From NCBI GenBank assembly GCA_022605425.2, contig CM061248.1, positions 868,001 to 932,000 of the forward strand: 64,000 nucleotides of DNA, given 5' to 3'. Below, piece by piece: positions 1 through 12,628 of the stretch. The notes beneath the pieces are model-generated. The model was not told where the DNA came from. It made no database searches and worked only from the letters and a program-made list of their open reading frames with translations. The translations under genes and the position numbers were made by a program. This DNA comes from Hamiltosporidium tvaerminnensis FI-OER-3-3. Its lineage: Eukaryota > Fungi > Microsporidia. Position 1 is the stretch's first letter, and the number at the start of each line of letters is the position of its first letter.

Positions 1-999
1 TTTTTTCTTCGATAATATTTATAAGTTTTGTAGAGTTGATTTAGGCAGAAATGTAATAATTGATATTTAGTATTTCTTGTGAAAAAAACCATATCAGTCT
101 ATATGCAAAAAAGAAATCAGATGATCTTCTGGTGTTACAATATTCAAACATAACTAGTTTAAGAATTTTGAAAAGATGAGTTCAAATGGTTTTTAAATGT
201 GTGAAATATTGCATAGAAGAGAATACTATCACTGTTTGCTTTTGTTGATAAAGTGTGAGGCTTCTATATATAACTCCCTAAATTTTCGGTTGGTTACAGT
301 TGAAAAAATTATCTAAATAAGTGTTATACTTCCTTCTATAACAATATCATGATATTCAGAATTTAAGACAATCTCTCGTTTTTACGGTTTTAGATTATTT
401 TAACAAATATTAGAAAGAAGGCTCCTTTAACTAGCTTATAATTTTTTCTTGATATTGCTTTTACTATTTGGTTTTTAACCAGGGGTACGGGAAAGTATTT
501 TTTGAAGGTGCGAAATTTCCCCGTCAAAAGCCTAATATCGGACACAAATTATGATTCTCTGTTTTTTACGACAAAATACAAATATTTCGGGACATGAGAA
601 TAAGGTAAAGAAATATGTACATGTAGGTTTTCTTTGATATGCTTAATAACACAACACACACAGACAATCGTTCTCATTGTTATTCTGATGCATATTAGCC
701 CAATACATTGACTTATTCCAAGACGAAGATCTCATTTTTTTCTCATTGTCTGTGTCTAAAAATGCGGGTCTTGGGAATTTAGATGAGAGTCCTCTTTATA
801 AAGAATACGTTTAAACATTTATACATTTGATTTTTAACACTATTGGCCGATTATACATTCTTAATTGATCAATGACATACGCCGAAAGGATATGTTGGCC
901 TTAAAACATAGGTAATTTTCTCATTAATTGTAAACATATTTTTTTTTTAAAATTATAGAATTTTTGTCTTGAAACAGTTTAATTGATCATTTTGGATCA

Positions 1000-2640
1000 T
1001 CTATCTCAAAAACTGGTTTGCAACGAAATTTATGCTAATCATGTATTCACTTGTAAACAGAAAAAGAATAGTACGAAACTACTCATGCATTTTATGTTCC
1101 AAGATATTTTAAAGACCTAATACAAAACTATCAAAGTTATTAGAGATTTCAACGTTCTATATGGTAATATATGTACGAAAACATGAACATCTTGAAGTAA
1201 AAAACTTCGTTTTGGTTCCGGAGGTATCATTCAAAAATCGATCGGGTCTACAATCTAAACCCCGCTGTTAGAATAATCTTATCGCGTGACATAAATGTCT
1301 GCAGGTAAAAAAATATCCCCGAAATCGCTTGAGGAATTTTAAACCGTGCAAATTATACAACTTAAACATTAAAAATCAAGCAAATAATACACACTAGCAG
1401 ATTTTGTTCCCGAATGATTTAATTCCTTCGCGAGTTTAAGATCTCTGTACCAATAGATTTCTGCTGATAATATAAGACATAAAAGTAATCATTAAAAATA
1501 ATATACGATTTAAATTGTAAACTGATGTTGTTAGATTTCAGCCGGCCGATGGTATTTGTATGATATGTAAGAGAAGTAGAAATTATTGAAGAATTGCTAG
1601 TTTACGAGCAAATGAAGTTCACTCCGAGAGTAATTGATGTTTTCAACCACATCAAAGCTTTTTTTTACATTTCCATTATTATTGAACTTAATTATCTCAA
1701 TTTGCACGAATGGAGTTTAGCAATTTTATGCAAAAGTGCTGAATTTACAAACATGATGAGCATAATTACTGCATTTTACATCACATTCACTTGCGTGTAA
1801 AACTTCGCCAGAAACGTTAAAATATCATCTCATTTTTTGTCATTTTCATCTAAATAATAGCCGTGGAAAAGCTTCACTTCATTGCATTTTTCGTTTCCCA
1901 TGTGAAGAAATCGTTGCTAGTCATACCGTGCTTCCTTATTCTATCTAAGTAGGATCTTCCTTTTAAGTCCGTATGTCTTGCTGGTTTTTTAAATTACGAG
2001 AAGAGATCATTCACATGCCAAATAGTTTAAACTGCGATTTAGCGAAGGATTTTGAGAGTATAGATGTAATGCGGAGGCTAGCTTACTTAGCGAAATTATA
2101 CATTCACATGAATTAATTGAAGATATTAATCGAAGGATTATGTACAAAAATAATTATAGCTAGTAAGATTTTATCTTCATTTATTATAAAATAGAAATTT
2201 TGATGCATCAATGAAGGTGGGAATTTGTAGCCTACCTTTTATTGATTCAATTGATGAAAAATTAAAAATCCACCTATATACAACATTTCATTGCATTTGA
2301 AATTATAAATCGAAGCATTCATTTGATATTTTTTACGGAAATATTGCTAAAACTCAAAAATAGATACTGAATCCACTTCTTTCTAACTCGAATTGCATGG
2401 ATGATAGTAATTTTTAAAAAGACAACCTTATAAACATGCAGGACAGATGACATATTCAAATATAATTCGAAAAATTAGAATTACAGCAATATTGACTTAC
2501 ATAGTTAGAAAGTTATCTACTGTTGGCAATAGATGCATTAAAGTTAATCTAACATTTTCTATTACTTACTTTGTGCTATAGAGTTTTCTTCACTTTTACA
2601 GATAAAAACCCAAGTAATATCGCTTAAATACAACAAATAA
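1000..2640 (+). pseudogene. Decayed hAT DNA-transposon transposase (Buster/Charlie/SPIN-like; ZBED5/SCAND3-type)
   Basis: Manual translation gives, in the expected order: LVCNEIYAN (~1013), LLE*SYRV (~1265), DFSRPMVFV*YVREVEIIEELL..IDVFNHIKAFF (1533-1665), CEEIVASHTVLPYS (~1901), RLAYLAKLYIHMN*LKILIEG (~2074), and a C-terminal dimerisation-like block ESYLLLAIDALKL..FS.TY (2508-2620). These match the family motifs QLMVFVRY..EEFL, CEEMGSEH..LL, LAYLADIF..LN and F.TTYLCE. Many stops and frameshifts. CAGGGGT at 480 resembles a Buster-type left TIR; no right TIR found. Confidence 0.75.
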
Positions 2641-2914
2641 TTTAAACGCGCCTTTTTCAGAAAGAAACTCGCCTTAAATATTATAATAAACAAGCAAAAA
2701 CAGTCTAGGCAGTAAAAAAATATAATATTGTCTCGTATTTCATATATAACATGTAATTTTTTTTTGAATACTCAGCAAATTTGCAGAAAATGTATTTTTT
2801 GTTTTAACTCCAAAAAATTCGATACACTTTTCAATTAAGATTCGATGACATATTTTCAGATTCATAGGGTGCAGTTCAGTTAAAGGTTCAAGAAACACAG
2901 GAGTGGGGTAATAT

Positions 2915-2975
2915 AGACGGATATTGGTCGTTTTGGAAAAACCCGATGGCAGTTTCAGACCGTCAGTATTGTAGA
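2915..2975 (+). mobile_element. Possible tiny reverse-transcriptase relic (domain-1 KxDGxxRP motif)
   Basis: RRILVVLEKPDGSFRPSVL* inside a GC-richer patch; only one motif. Confidence 0.25.
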
Positions 2976-5288
2976 ACTACGGATTAACACTAGACAGCGC
3001 ACTTCCTCGGCTATTTAAAAGGTTTTATACTCTTTTGGTAAAATATTTGGAATTAATGTATTATAAAATATACAAATTGTGTTAAAAAAGATCATATATC
3101 TATATTGAACCAATCACTTAGTTAATGTCATGAGAAAAATATATCAGATGCTACTTTTTTAAAAATATAGCGATATTTATCACACAAATCTATACATTCA
3201 CAAATTTATACTTTGCCTTCCTTTCATTCATAAAGGAGTACTATAATTAAATTTCTTATTTTAGAATCTTATTTTTACAGGAAGAATCATATTCTACTTG
3301 GAAAACGAGCTCTTTGCCTCAAAATTTTCAATTGCCATAACTTCAAGAACATAAACTATATTTACTTATATATACGGAAGACTGCTGGAAGAGAGTTTTT
3401 TGTGTGTTTTTAAGGCAGAATTACATAAAATGCCAAGACCTTTCTAAGAAAAGAAGAATAAAGAACGTTTGGTAAAATAACTAAATACAAAAATTTTACG
3501 CTTCATTTGTATAACGTAACTAAAATAGAAAACTGATTTTAGACATGAAAAAATAGTCAGATATAGAAAAAGAAAATGCATTTTTTTAAATCGCAGAGGA
3601 ATCATTTTGAAGTCAAACCCATTTAATTCATAGCTTGAATCTAACTCAGATACAAAAAATAAACAAAATTTTATCATATTGAAGCTAAAATTGCGGTTTC
3701 AAGCTCGATTTTAAACTTAAAAAACTTTGAATATTTACCTATGTGATTAACTCATGTATAAAATGCAAAAAAACCTGTTGGGTTGTATACAGCCTGCATA
3801 TCAACATTTCTACTTTATTCTAGCCTTATATTACATATTTATCATTACATTCATATAAATTATTTTCATATTCTAGAACACACCCTCTTAATTATCTTTC
3901 GTTCTACTAAATTTCACTTATGAACAATCGTAAAACAACATAGATCATTATAACTCTAAACTATATTAAACCTCAAAAAATTTTTTAATTAAACTTTTTT
4001 TAAAAAAACAAGATTTCGATGAGAAAATCAATCGTTTTGCATCAAGAAAAGCTTTTAATCGAATAAAAAATTGTAATATTGAGGTTTATAAGCGAATTAT
4101 AAGAGAATTAAATAAAAAAGAATGTAAAGAAATCCAAAGATAAAATATTCAGATAAATTAGATTCGATAATTCACAACCACATAACATGCATTTTTCTTT
4201 AATTTTCCCAACAATATTTTTCTCTCTGATTTTTATACTTTTCCTTTATATATGACACATTCTCTATATTCTAAAGATAATATATGAATATTTAAAAAAC
4301 GAATCCTAAGTTACTCAAATAAACCTTAAGGCTTTACCTGAAAATATGTCTTTAGCTTAATTTAATAATTTCACAATGCTGTATATTAAGAAACAACTGT
4401 TCGAAATAAAATAACAATTTATATACACATACAACGAATATATATAATATTAGACTCAAGTCTTAAATTATAGAAATAAATATTCAAACATCCCTAATAC
4501 AGAAAAATCTTTAGAGTCTAAGCCAGCGGTCCATATAACCGCTTTTTTTTTATTTTTGAAGCTAAGATGACATAATAAAATACGAAAATTATATCAGTCA
4601 TAGTTAAAATATTAAAAAACTTAAACTTGATTTATAAATCTAATTACACACAAATTTAAACCACATTATTAATATAATAAATCTTCTTTTTAACCTTTCC
4701 AACTAAAGAAATAAAATAAAATACTTTACTGATACAAATTACTTTCAATAACTAAAAACTAATTATAAATTCTCATATTAATCTTAAATATAAACTTAAT
4801 TTTACAATCTAAGAGAGGAAAAAACGTTCAAATTAAAAGAACTTTACTTAGTAAAATTAAACCAATCATTTTATATTGGTTTATTATAGAAAAAAAATAT
4901 TTTTTATTCATTTTAAAAATAAATTTATTAAAACTTCTTATAAATCATCTATTATACTTTATTTACCTAAAATATATCTTATATTCCCTATAAAACTCTA
5001 TGCTATCATATTATGTAACCTATTCAGATATCATGCATTTAACTATCTTCATACCCTAATATTATAATATCTATACTATCTTAATACCCTAAATATTCTA
5101 ATCCCTAATATTCATAGATCCTAATATCTTAGTATTATAATATCTATACTATCTTAATACCCTAAATGTTTTAATATCTATACTATCTTATTAGTATTGT
5201 TATACTATCTCAATATTCTAATATCTATATTATCTTAATATCTGACTACTCTCATATACTACCCCTCCACATCTATCCTAATCCCTCC

Positions 5289-8200
5289 TCATATATCCTC
5301 ATCTCTTATATTAATATCTATATTTTCTATACCAGTCCCAAACAATATCACCTTAATAACTTCTTCTCCACATTCACTCTCTTTATACCCATACATTCTA
5401 CAAACACTATCACTATACCACTTAATCTGCTTCACAAAACTTAAATCCTCTATTCTCCATACTCTTACATACCTATCACTTCCTACACTAAGAATATATT
5501 TATCTACTGTATAAACACATAGTACTCTACCACTATGTGCTATATATTTTAGATTATAACTTATTATCTTATCTGTCTCATCTAAAACATTAATATTACT
5601 AATATCTTTACTATCTATAGTATTATTAGTATCTTTAGTATCTTTAGTAGTATTATTATTATTAGCATTTTTACATATCTTTAGTATTATTATCAATATC
5701 TTTGTAATTACTATTACTATTATTAATATCTCTATTACTTATACCTTTGTTACTACAATAATCTTCATTACTATTACCTTTACTATAAGTAATGGCTATT
5801 GTATGGTCATCAGAACACGTGACTATCATATTCTTATATATATTTATTCCTAATACAGCAGTATTATGTAATTTATAAGTATATATACCTATAAAAGGTA
5901 AATTAACGGTATTATTATTAGATAGATTGATTAACACCTCTTAATGTGCTATTATTTCTACAAAATATATCTCTATCATTAACACCCTTATAATCATTAG
6001 ATAGATTGTTAACACCTCTTAATGACTCATTATTTCTAATAAATATATCTCTATCATTAACACCCTTATAATCATTAGATATATGATTAACACCTCTTAA
6101 TGTGCTATTATTTCTACAAAATATATCTCTATCATTAATGCCCTTATAATCATTAGATAGATTGTTAACACCCTGTTGTACATCAGAATGATTGTTAACC
6201 CCCTCTAACCTACTATCCTTATTACTAACACCCTCTAACCTACTATCCTTATTACTAACACCCCCTTCATTACCCTTATTACTAACACCCTCCAAAATAT
6301 CTATATAAATAACACCCCCATCACTACATCCCAAAATAACCCTACACTCCATACCATTAAAAACAACACCGCTACTTGTTACATACTTATAAATATTATA
6401 ACCCTTTATTACAATAAACCCCTTATAATTATAACTTAACAGGTATAATATACCATTTGAACTTACTACTATAAGATAAAAGGTGTTATTTATATATTTA
6501 CATATCTCTATAAATAACACCCTGTTATTTATATGTATATAATTGTTTATAAATAAAACCCTGTTATTTATTAAAGATAAGCTATATAACATATTCTTCT
6601 TAACACTAACAAATAACACCCAATTATCTTTAATATTAGAATGTGTGTTGTTAATGTTGGTAGTGTTATATAATTTGTTGTTATATCTATTGTTATTAGT
6701 CTTATTATTAGTCTTGTTAGTATTCCTTAAACTTTTATCCCTATCCTTATCACCATCCTTAATATCAACATCCTCACTATACTCACTATTACCACCTTTA
6801 CTATCCCTTCCTGTGTTATAACACTTTATATCTGTTACTGTATCTAATAGCTTATACTTAGTAATAACACCCTTGTTATACATAACAAGTAATCCATTAT
6901 CTGTACCTGTTATTAATATATCTTTATTTATATAAATATAACAGGTTATATATCCATAGAGATAAGGGGTGTTAATATGAGAAATGTAGATATAATGGGT
7001 TAGTTGGGATGTGTTGTTTATAAGGTACTGTTGTTAAAGGGGTGTAAGGTATTAGTATTGGTATTAAGAGGGTGTAAGGTATTAGTATTGGTATTAAGAG
7101 GGTGTAAGGTATTAGTACTGTTATTAAGAGGGTGTAAGGTATTAGTACTCATATTAAGAGGGTGTAAGGTATTAGTACTCATATTAAGAGGGTGTAAGGT
7201 ATTAGTACTGGTATTAAGAGGGTGTAAGGTATTAGTACTCTTATTAAGAGGGTGTAAGGTATTAGTAATATTACTAACACCCTGTTGTTTACTACTACTG
7301 TTATTAACACCCCTTTGCTTACTACTGCTGTTAGCACCCTTTAATATATCAGTACTGTTACTAACACCCTCTTAATATATCCCTACTGTTACTAATACCC
7401 TCTGATATATCCCTGCTATTACTAACACCCTCTAACATATCTCTATCCTTATAATTACTATCAATCTCTACTAACGTATATATATTATTATTAACACCAT
7501 ACTTAATAGATAACAGGGTGTTATTATTACCTTTAATATAATAAAGGGTGTTATTTATTACTTTATATGTTTTAGGGTTATATCCTATATAAATATAATA
7601 TTCTCTTGTTAAATCTGTTATATAGAAATAACACCTATTAAATCCATATACATATATTTTGTTGTTATTTATATATATACCTTCTAAAGGGGTGTTATTT
7701 ACATACATGTAAATAAAGGGTAGAGTATTAATATTGTTGTAAGGGGTGTTAATAAGAGTGTGTTGAGGGGTGTTATTAAGGGTACTTTTAAGATTCTTAT
7801 AAGTAGTGTTATAATTAGTCTTATGATTAACACCCTGTTGTTTAATACTACTGTTACTAACACCCTGTTGCTTACTACTATTGTTACTAACACCTTCTAA
7901 CATATGCTTATGATTAACACCCTGTTGTTTAATACTACTGTTACTAACCCCCTGTTGTTTACTACTATTGTTACTAACACCTTCTAACATATGCTTATGA
8001 TTAACACCCTGTTGTTTAATACTACTAATACTAACCCCCTGTTGTTTACTACTATTGTTACTAACACCTTCTAACATATGCTTATGATTAACACCCTGTT
8101 GCTTACTAGTACTAATACTAACACCCTGTTGTTTACTACTATTGTTACTAACACCTTCTAACATATGCTTATGATTAACACCCTGTTGTTTAATACTACT

Positions 8201-11200
8201 AATACTAACCCCCTGTTGTTTACTACTATTGTTACTAACACCTTCTAACATATGCTTATGATTAACACCCTGTTGCTTACTAGTACTAATACTAACACCC
8301 TGTTGTTTACTACCTATATTACTAACACCCTCTAACATATGCTTATGATTAACACCCTGTTGCTTACTAGTACTAATACTAACACCCTGTTGTTTACTAC
8401 CTATATTACTAACACCCTCTATACTACCAATATCATTAACACCCTCTAATATATCCCCACTGTTACTAACACCCTCTATACTCCTTATATCATTAACACC
8501 CTGTTGCTTACTACCAATATGTTTAACACCCTCTAATATATCTCTACTATTACTAACACCCCCCATACTCCCTATATTACTATACCTATATATTTCCTTG
8601 TTATTTATATAATATAAATAACCATCTCTACTTGTTATATAAATACCTTTATTATACAGTAAAATACCTGTTAAAGCATCTTTACATACTTTAAAGGTTA
8701 AATAGTTAATAGGGTTGTTATCATGTATATTAGTACTAGTGTTTAATAAAGGAGTATGGGTGTTATCATGTATATTAGTACTAGTGTTTAATAAAGGATT
8801 ATTAGTACTGGTGTTTAATAAAGGGTTATATGTGTTATCTAACATACTATTATTAGTGTTTAATATAGAGTCATATATGTTATCTAACATACTATCACAT
8901 CCAGTTATGTGTAAGGGTGTTATTATATAACCATCTCTTGTTCCTAATATACCTTTATTAAAGGATGTTATTTTCTTATAAATTTTATATAATAAATAAC
9001 CTTTATAAACTATGTATAAGGTAAAGGGTGTTATTATATAAGTATAGTTGTTATAATAATAACGGTTAAGAATAACTGAAGTAATAAAGGGGTAAGTAGT
9101 AGGGGTGTTATCAGTAATGTCGGTTGATAAAGGGGTTTTATTGATACTTATGTTATTTAAAGGGGTATTATTATTACTGTGTCTTGGTAAAGGGGTGTTA
9201 TTACTAGGTATGTTATTTAAAGAGGTGATATCAGTAATATCAGTTGTTAAAGGGGTGTTATCACATTCCTTATCAATAACACCCTTATAATTACTACCCT
9301 CATCAATAACACTATATATGTTATTTATATAAGAAATAAGACCAGATGAACTACACATATAAAAGGTGTTATTATATATATAAGTATTAGTTATATGAGA
9401 ATAAGGTATATTAATACAAATAAAGGGTATAAGACTATGATCAGTATTAAAATTGTTATTGGCATTAGTATTGTTGTTATTATTAGTATTGTTGTTGTTA
9501 TTATTAGTATTAGTATTGGTATTATCTTTGTTATTAGTATTGTTATTATTGTTGTTATTGGTATTGTTACTATTGTTGTTATTGGTATTATCCTTATTAT
9601 TAACACCCTCTAATATATCCTTATTATTAACACCCCCTACTACCTCCCTATTACTAACACCCCCTAATATACACTTATATATATAAAGACTTCCATTTTC
9701 ATTTATACTAAATACCCTTTTAAAAGTTATAAACCCACATTTAAATATTCTACACTTTAAATTATAATATCTATATTTTAAAAGTATATTATTACCTTTT
9801 ATAATTGTAAGTAATATGCTTCTATCTTCTGAACAACTAAGAATATAAATATAGGTGTTTTGTATATTATTTATGGATTTATTTATAGTAAGATTGTTTA
9901 TGCATTTATTTAGGGTTAGGGTAGGGTTAGGAATATCTATAGTAGGATTATCTATTGTAGAACTGTTTATGCATTTATTTAGGGTTAGGGTAGGGTTAGG
10001 AATATCTATAGTAGGATTATTTATAGTAAAACTGTTTATGCATTTATTTAGGGTTAGGGTAGGGTTAGGAATATCTATAGTAGGATTATCTATAGTATTG
10101 TTGTTTATGCATTCATTTAGGGTTAGGGTAGGGTTAGTATAGATACCCTTATTATATACCTTTACCTTTAAATCATAAATAAAACCCCTATGTAATTTAT
10201 AAGGTTTATTGTTAATATAAAGAATACCTTTAAATGTACCGTATAACATATAAAGAGTATTAAATACCTTATAAATAACACCTGTTGTACATTCTAATGT
10301 ATCACTAGTATAAAGGGTGTTATTATCCTTAGTAGTATTATTAGTAGTATTGTTAGTGGTATTATTAGTACTAACACTGCTAACACTACTAATACTATTC
10401 CTACTATAAAGAGTGTTATTTACATACTTATAAATAACACTATTCTTATTACAAGTAGTACTACTAATATAACACATCTGTCTATATATTATATTATTCT
10501 GTAACAATATAAAGACTCTATTGTTATCCAGTATATATCTTATTACTATATATCTGTAGTACTATATCTGTAGTATTATCATCAGTATTATAACTATTAC
10601 TAATATCAGTATTATTATTACTAGTATTACTAGTATACCTTAGTATTATATACCTTATCATCAGTATTATTAGTATCTTTAATATTATATACCTTATCAT
10701 CAGGTATTATTAGTATCTTTAGTATTATATACCTTACCCTTAGTATCATATATCTTAACGTCTGTTATATATGTAGGTAGTTTGTCTGTAAGTAACATAT
10801 AAATATTAAAATATTTATTTTCTTTTATTTTTTCTATTTTAGATGTAAAAATGATGTGTTTTTTCTTATATTTTTTACTGTAAAAAATTTGTATTTATGC
10901 GAGTATTTAGGGTTAGGGTAGGGTTAGGGTAGGGGGTGGTATTAGTAGTATTGGGGTTATTATTTGTATTGTTAGCTCTATTACTAGTGATATTGTTAGC
11001 TCTATTATCATTACCAATATTATTATCTTTATTATAGGAATTATCTCTATTGAAGGAATTATCTTTATTACATATCCTATATCTATTATCTTTACTACAG
11101 ATATTATCTCTATTGGATTTACTAAAGTTATTATATTTATTACAGATATTATATTTATTATCTTTATTACAGTATATTATCTTTACTAAGGTTATTATAT

Positions 11201-11478
11201 TTATTACAGATATTATATTTATTACAGATCCTATATCTATTATATTTACTATCTTTATCTTCTTTTCCATTTTTATTTTCTTTTCGATTTTTTATATAAA
11301 ATACGGTGTATTTGTTAGAAGAATACGTTACAATATATTTATTGTGATGTATAATAATATTATGTATTGTATATGGTAATGATATGGATATGTGATAATT
11401 ATGGAAGTATAGGGTGTTGTTCTTAGTGTATATAAGTGTTTTGTTTGTGTGGGAGATAGATGTTATTGGTGTTAACAT
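5289..11478 (-). CDS. TRM734: WDR6/Trm734-like WD40 protein (non-catalytic partner of tRNA 2'-O-methyltransferase Trm7); one gene split by about 10 single-base indels and expanded by low-complexity repeats
   Basis: ORF pieces 11478-11167, 11270-10875, 10507-7361, 6883-5918, 5937-5671 and 5696-5289 join through 1-nt shifts. Ordered motifs YGTFKG, LHRGFIYDL..ILSCSEDRSI, YVYGFNRCYFYI, ILITGTDNG, LHNTAVLGI..TCSDDHTI, AHSGRV..LSVGSDRYVRVWRI and VILFGTGI parallel yeast Trm734 as recalled (GHEGSIF..ASCSDDRSIR, FGFKSSLFY, CTGSED, HQSGV..TGGDDN, TSVDQVIRAW, IGGVGL). CCC motif upstream of ATG 11478. Confidence 0.7.
5918..6175. repeat. Coding minisatellite, 78-bp unit x~3 (RGVNNLSNDYKGVNDRDIFCRNNSTL)
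   Basis: Direct inspection; in frame in the WD40 gene. Confidence 0.9.
7034..7268. repeat. 30-bp tandem repeat x8 (GGTGTAAGGTATTAGTA core; TNTLHPLNxS on the minus strand)
   Basis: ggtgtaaggt recurs every 30 bp from 7041 to 7251. Confidence 0.95.
7822..8420. repeat. Coding minisatellite, 87-bp unit x~7 (SKQQGVSISSIKQQGVNHKHMLEGVSNNS), built from GGGTGTTA-core subunits
   Basis: atgattaacaccctg recurs with an 87-bp period; related subunits extend to ~8570 and occur at 6180-6300 and 7270-7440. Confidence 0.95.
9895..10140. repeat. 69-bp tandem repeat x4, each containing a telomere-like TTAGGG-TTAGGG-TAGGG-TTAG(G) block (PNPTLTLN in the protein)
   Basis: Blocks at 9910, 9979, 10048 and 10117; a fifth isolated block at 10907-10936. 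Confidence 0.9.
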
Positions 11479-11505
11479 TTTAGAGAAGCGAGGGGATTTT
11501 TTGTA
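11479..11505 (-). promoter_or_regulatory. Microsporidian CCC-type start-proximal motif
   Basis: Minus strand aaaaaatCCCCtcgcttctctaaaATG; similar motifs precede SAC1 and RIX7. Confidence 0.55.
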
Positions 11506-11842
11506 TTTTAAAATTGTGGAAGAAAACTTTTATTGTTATTTTTGAAGAGAGGAAGTTATATGTGGTAGATGAAATATATGAGGGATAGGTGATGGATATA
11601 TGTGAGGGATATGTGATATACATGAGTATTTAAGTCAGAGATATAGATAATATAAATGAGACAGATGATACAATATGGATGATAAGATAATAATGATATA
11701 GATGATACAATATGGATGATATAGATTGTATTTGTGTGAGAAATTTATAGAAAGTATTGATTTTTATAAAAAAGTGGAAAAAAAATGAAAAAAATTATTT
11801 TTCTTTGTAAATTAATAACTGATAATTTAAAAATAAAAAATT

Positions 11843-11970
11843 TATTTTAAATTGCATAAACAAAGGTATAGTTAATTTATTTAATAGAATTTGTAGAAAA
11901 AAAATGTTTTTATTTTAAATTGCATAAAAAAAGCTATAGTTAATTTATTTAATAGAATTTGTAGAAATAA
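11843..11970. repeat. 68-bp direct duplication
   Basis: tattttaaattgcataaa...gttaatttatttaatagaatttgtagaaa at 11843 and 11911. Confidence 0.85.
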
Positions 11971-12015
11971 AAAAAATTGTATTTTCTAATATGATTTGTT
12001 TTTTATTTAATGAAA

Positions 12016-12238
12016 TAATTAAAGAGTAGAAGTAATTAGTATATAAAAGAAATAATAAGAATGTAGAGGTAATTAAAGAGTAGAAGTAATTAGTATATAA
12101 AAGAAATAATAAGAATGTAGAGGTAATTAAAGAGTAGAAGTAATTAGTATATAAAAGAAATAATAAGAATGTAGAGGTAATTAAAGAGTAGAAGTAATTA
12201 GTATATAAAAGAAATAATAAGAATGTAGAGGTAATTAA
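12016..12238. repeat. Intergenic 54-bp perfect tandem repeat x4
   Basis: taattaaagagtagaagtaattagtatataaaagaaataataagaatgtagagg at 12016, 12070, 12124 and 12178. Confidence 0.97.
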
Positions 12239-12628
12239 GATATTATAGATTTTATAGATTTTATTAGAATAGAAAAGCAATAATCAGAATATAGAAATAT
12301 TTAGGATATTATTGAAGTAATAAAAAATTATTAGACCAAAGAATAAAAATAGAGAAAATAATATAGAAAGAATAAAAACTTTAAAGACCAGAGATTTAGA
12401 AAGAGTAGAACTTCAAAAAAATTTAGAAATAATATAGAACTTAATATAGATCTATTATAGAAAGTATAAAAACTTAGAAATAATAGAAAAAATTATTATA
12501 TTTAAAGATATTTTTTAATAAATTACTAAATTAAGTAAATTATATTTTATATAAATATCACATATATTTAAGGAAAAATTAAATATAGAAAAAATATAAT
12601 TTAAGAAAAAAAAACAGTAAAAAGACGT

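Noticed and set aside
7025-7372. Out-of-frame repeat block interpreted as a spliceosomal intron
   Set aside because: No GTAAGT-type donor or clear acceptor; the block is open in an adjacent frame and is explained by two compensating indels.
6543-11379. Plus-strand Leu/Val/Ile-rich ORFs (6543, 7004, 8715, 9105, 9395, 9453, 9855, 11050)
   Set aside because: Antisense shadows of the Asn-rich repeats of the minus-strand WD40 gene.
11945-12280. 111-aa ORF, and a CRISPR-like appearance of the 54-bp array
   Set aside because: The ORF merely reads through the tandem repeat; units are contiguous and identical with no spacers; the context is eukaryotic with no cas genes.
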